A stretch of 64,000 bases of DNA, taken from assembly GCA_964016885.1 (NCBI GenBank), contig OZ024761.1, forward strand, positions 3,410,001-3,474,000, written 5' to 3'. Under the pieces are notes generated by a model. It saw nothing but the letters and a program-made list of their open reading frames with translations, did no database searches and had not been told where the DNA came from. This DNA is from Eledone cirrhosa (lineage: Eukaryota). Position numbers and translations under genes: made by a program. This document shows positions 61,330 to 64,000 of this stretch, one piece after another (positions within the stretch are counted from its first letter, which is position 1; every line of letters starts with the position of its first letter).

Positions 61330-64000
61330 GAGAATGCAAGCACTCCTCTTTACTTCAAACATGGAAGACCAACATAATTCCATCTCCCATACCCCTCCCT
61401 GTCCCCCAACCCACCCCTTCCACCCACCCAGTGAAATCCAAAACTTCAGAGTTGGTACCATGAATGTAGGCACAGTGAAAGGTCACTCAAACGAGGTTGT
61501 AGAGATGCTTGAATGTAAAGAAGTTGATGTTTGTTGTGTTCAAGAGACTAGATGGAGGGGTGGGTCTGCTAGATTCATTGTAGGAAAAAATGATGCTGTA
61601 AACTTTTCTGGGTGGGAAATGACAACAGTGTGGGTGGTGTAGGAATTATGTTAGCAGAAAAATGGGTAGATAAGGTAATTGACGTAAATAGAGTGAACAA
61701 CAGAATAATTAAAATAAGACTAGTCCTAAATAGAACTACTGTGACAATAATATCCACTTAAGCACCCCAATCTGGTCTACCTGACGTTATAAAGGACAGG
61801 TTCTATGAGTCGCTAATGCACACTACCTCCCAAATAACCGACAGCGATTACTTAATTATTGCTGGTGACCTTAATGGTCACGTTGGACAACATAGTGATG
61901 GCTATGATGGAATCTATGGAGGCTATTGGTTTGGTACTAGAAATAAGGAAGATTTCAGGATCCTCGAATTCTGTGATGCTAATAACCTAACTATCTGTAA
62001 CACAAACTTCAAAAACGAGACAATCACTTGATCACCTGTAGATCAGGAGAACACGCCAGCCAGATAAATTATATCCTTACTAGAAGACGTGATAGAGTGT
62101 CTGTTGTAAACACTAAGTCCCTCCCTTGTGAAGAATGCACCTTTCAACATAGACTAATAGTTAGTGACCTCATAGTCAGGAATAGACGTACTCGACGACA
62201 AAGGAGGACTACCTTGAGGAGAAGAATATGGAAGTTGAAGGACCCCATAGCCAGTAACAAATTTAAAAGCATATTACTTGATGCTTTTGACAGTAAGGAA
62301 GAGCAATTAGAGACGTACAATATAGAGGAACAGTGGGAATTCTTGAAAGTTAACCTGATGAAGGCAACAGATGAAATCTGTGACTGGAGCAGACCTATAG
62401 GCAGGAGGAGAGTAACTTGGTTGTGGAACAGTAAGGTGCAGGAGACAATCAAGGCCAAAGAGCAAGCTTGGAAAGTATGGTAGGATGGGGGAATTAGAGA
62501 ACACTATCAAGTCGCCAGGAGAGAAGCTAGGAGACAAGTGTACTTTGCAAGAAGGGAAGCAGAGGATAGAAAGTTCAAGCATGTTCTACAACGCGAGGAC
62601 CCAAAACGTGAGGTGTTCAGGATTGCAAGACAATGTGTCAAGGAAAACTGTGATGTTGTCAGGGAGAAGTGTGTCTGTAATGATAATGGCGTACCTGCCC
62701 TCACTGATACTGATAAGAAGGTAGCCTGGAAGAGTCACTACGAGAGACTATTAAATGAGGAGAATAAGTGGGAAAAAGATAGTCTGCCCCACATCGATCC
62801 AATAGAGGGACCAGCAGTGTTAGTCGAGGGTAGTATAATAAGTAAGGCAATCAAAGATATGAAGACAGGCAAGGCGGTTGGGTATCCGGAGATAGTTGCT
62901 GAAATGTTGAAAGCATCTGGAATGATGAGACACACTATGGTCATCCGGATAGTAAACCATGTAATACAGAATGGGGTCAAACCAAAAGACTGGCGTAGCA
63001 GCATCATCATTAACTGCTACAAGGGCAAAAGAGATGCTCTAGATAGGGTAAACTATAGAGGCATTAAGTTAGTTGACCAGGTCATGAAGGTCACAGAAAG
63101 AGTTATTCATTATCATCATCATCATCGTTTAACGTCCATCTTCCACGCTAGCATGGGTTAGACGGGAGTTGTCCCACTTGAGGCAAGGTTGGTTGGGTGA
63201 CCATGTCTCGCTCATATAGGACTATCTGGCAGGTTTTCTACGGCTGGATGTCCTCCCTAACACCAACCACATTTACAGTGTGGAACTGGGAACTTTTTAC
63301 CGTGTTACCTACACGGCCACATTACAGCGTGGACTGTGTGTTTTTTGTCATGACACCTACACGATCTCTATCTCATTATCTCATTTATTTGGACTGGATG
63401 TTGTGGTACCAACTTTACAGAGTGAGAGGGTGGTGTTGGTGGGAGTGGGAGGATAGGGTAGGGTAGTGGATTTGGGTGTGTATTTGGTTAAGAGGTGTCT
63501 ACTGACTGTTGCACTGACTGTACCTAGCTAAAAGTAAACCCCTATACTTAGCTTTTGTTGACTTGGAGAAAGCATTTGACAGAGTCCCCTGAGCCATTAT
63601 CTGGAAGGCCCTTAGAAAACTAGGGGTTGATGAATGGCTTGTGAGAACTATATAAGCCATGTATAAAGAAACACTCAGCAAGGTTAGAATTAACAACGAA
63701 TATAGTGAAGAATTTAGCGTAAAAGTTGGTGTTCATCAGGGCTCTGTCCTTAGCCCCTCCTATTTATTATTGCCCTTCAGACTAGAACAGAGGAGTTCAA
63801 GACCGGCTGCTCATGGCAACTTCTCTATACAGATGATCTAACGCTCATAGCTGAATCAATGGCTGAACTAAAGAAGAAATTCCAAACATGGCAGCATGGC
63901 CTAGAATCAAAAGGCTTTATAGTTAACTTGTCTAAGACTAAAGTTCTAGTATGTAGGAAGGAAAATAGGGCACAGGTGCCCTCTGAGAAATGGCCATGCT
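61330..64000 (+). mobile_element. Long decayed RTE-clade LINE (APE to RT), interrupted at about 63108-63505 by an inverted 3' end of an RTE family; continues past the window
   Basis: FRVGTMNVGT..CVQETRW, IAGDLNGHVG, NYRGIKL, AFVDLEKAFDRVP, GVHQGSVLSP; multiple stops and frameshifts. Confidence 0.9.

Overview
Repeat-dominated, AT-rich animal genomic DNA. The huge (TA)n/(CA)n tracts, tRNA-derived SINEs, RTE LINEs and secreted S1 protease suggest a mollusc, probably a cephalopod (inference). It holds one clear host gene, a 6-exon minus-strand secreted chymotrypsin-like S1 serine protease (47281->36558, 254 aa). The gene has a TATA/Inr promoter and an unusual EEQ|IVAG activation junction. About 2 kb upstream lies a full-length L1/Tx1-clade LINE with both ORFs open (49253-54881). 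It sits in a 72-bp tandem array, which itself lies inside a TTAA-flanked piggyBac-like MITE. The most striking unannotated signal is more than 20 minimal type-I hammerhead ribozyme (HHR) motifs (CTGAnGA-stem II-GAAA-palindromic stem III). They belong to several sequence families, sit in short cassettes inside (TA)n tracts, often form fold-back palindromes, and in three cases are attached to decayed Penelope-like (GIY-YIG) ORFs. In two of those ORFs the only in-frame stops are TGA. Several minisatellites visibly derive from transposon parts. Almost all ORFs in the supplied track are microsatellite artefacts. All coordinates were read by eye.
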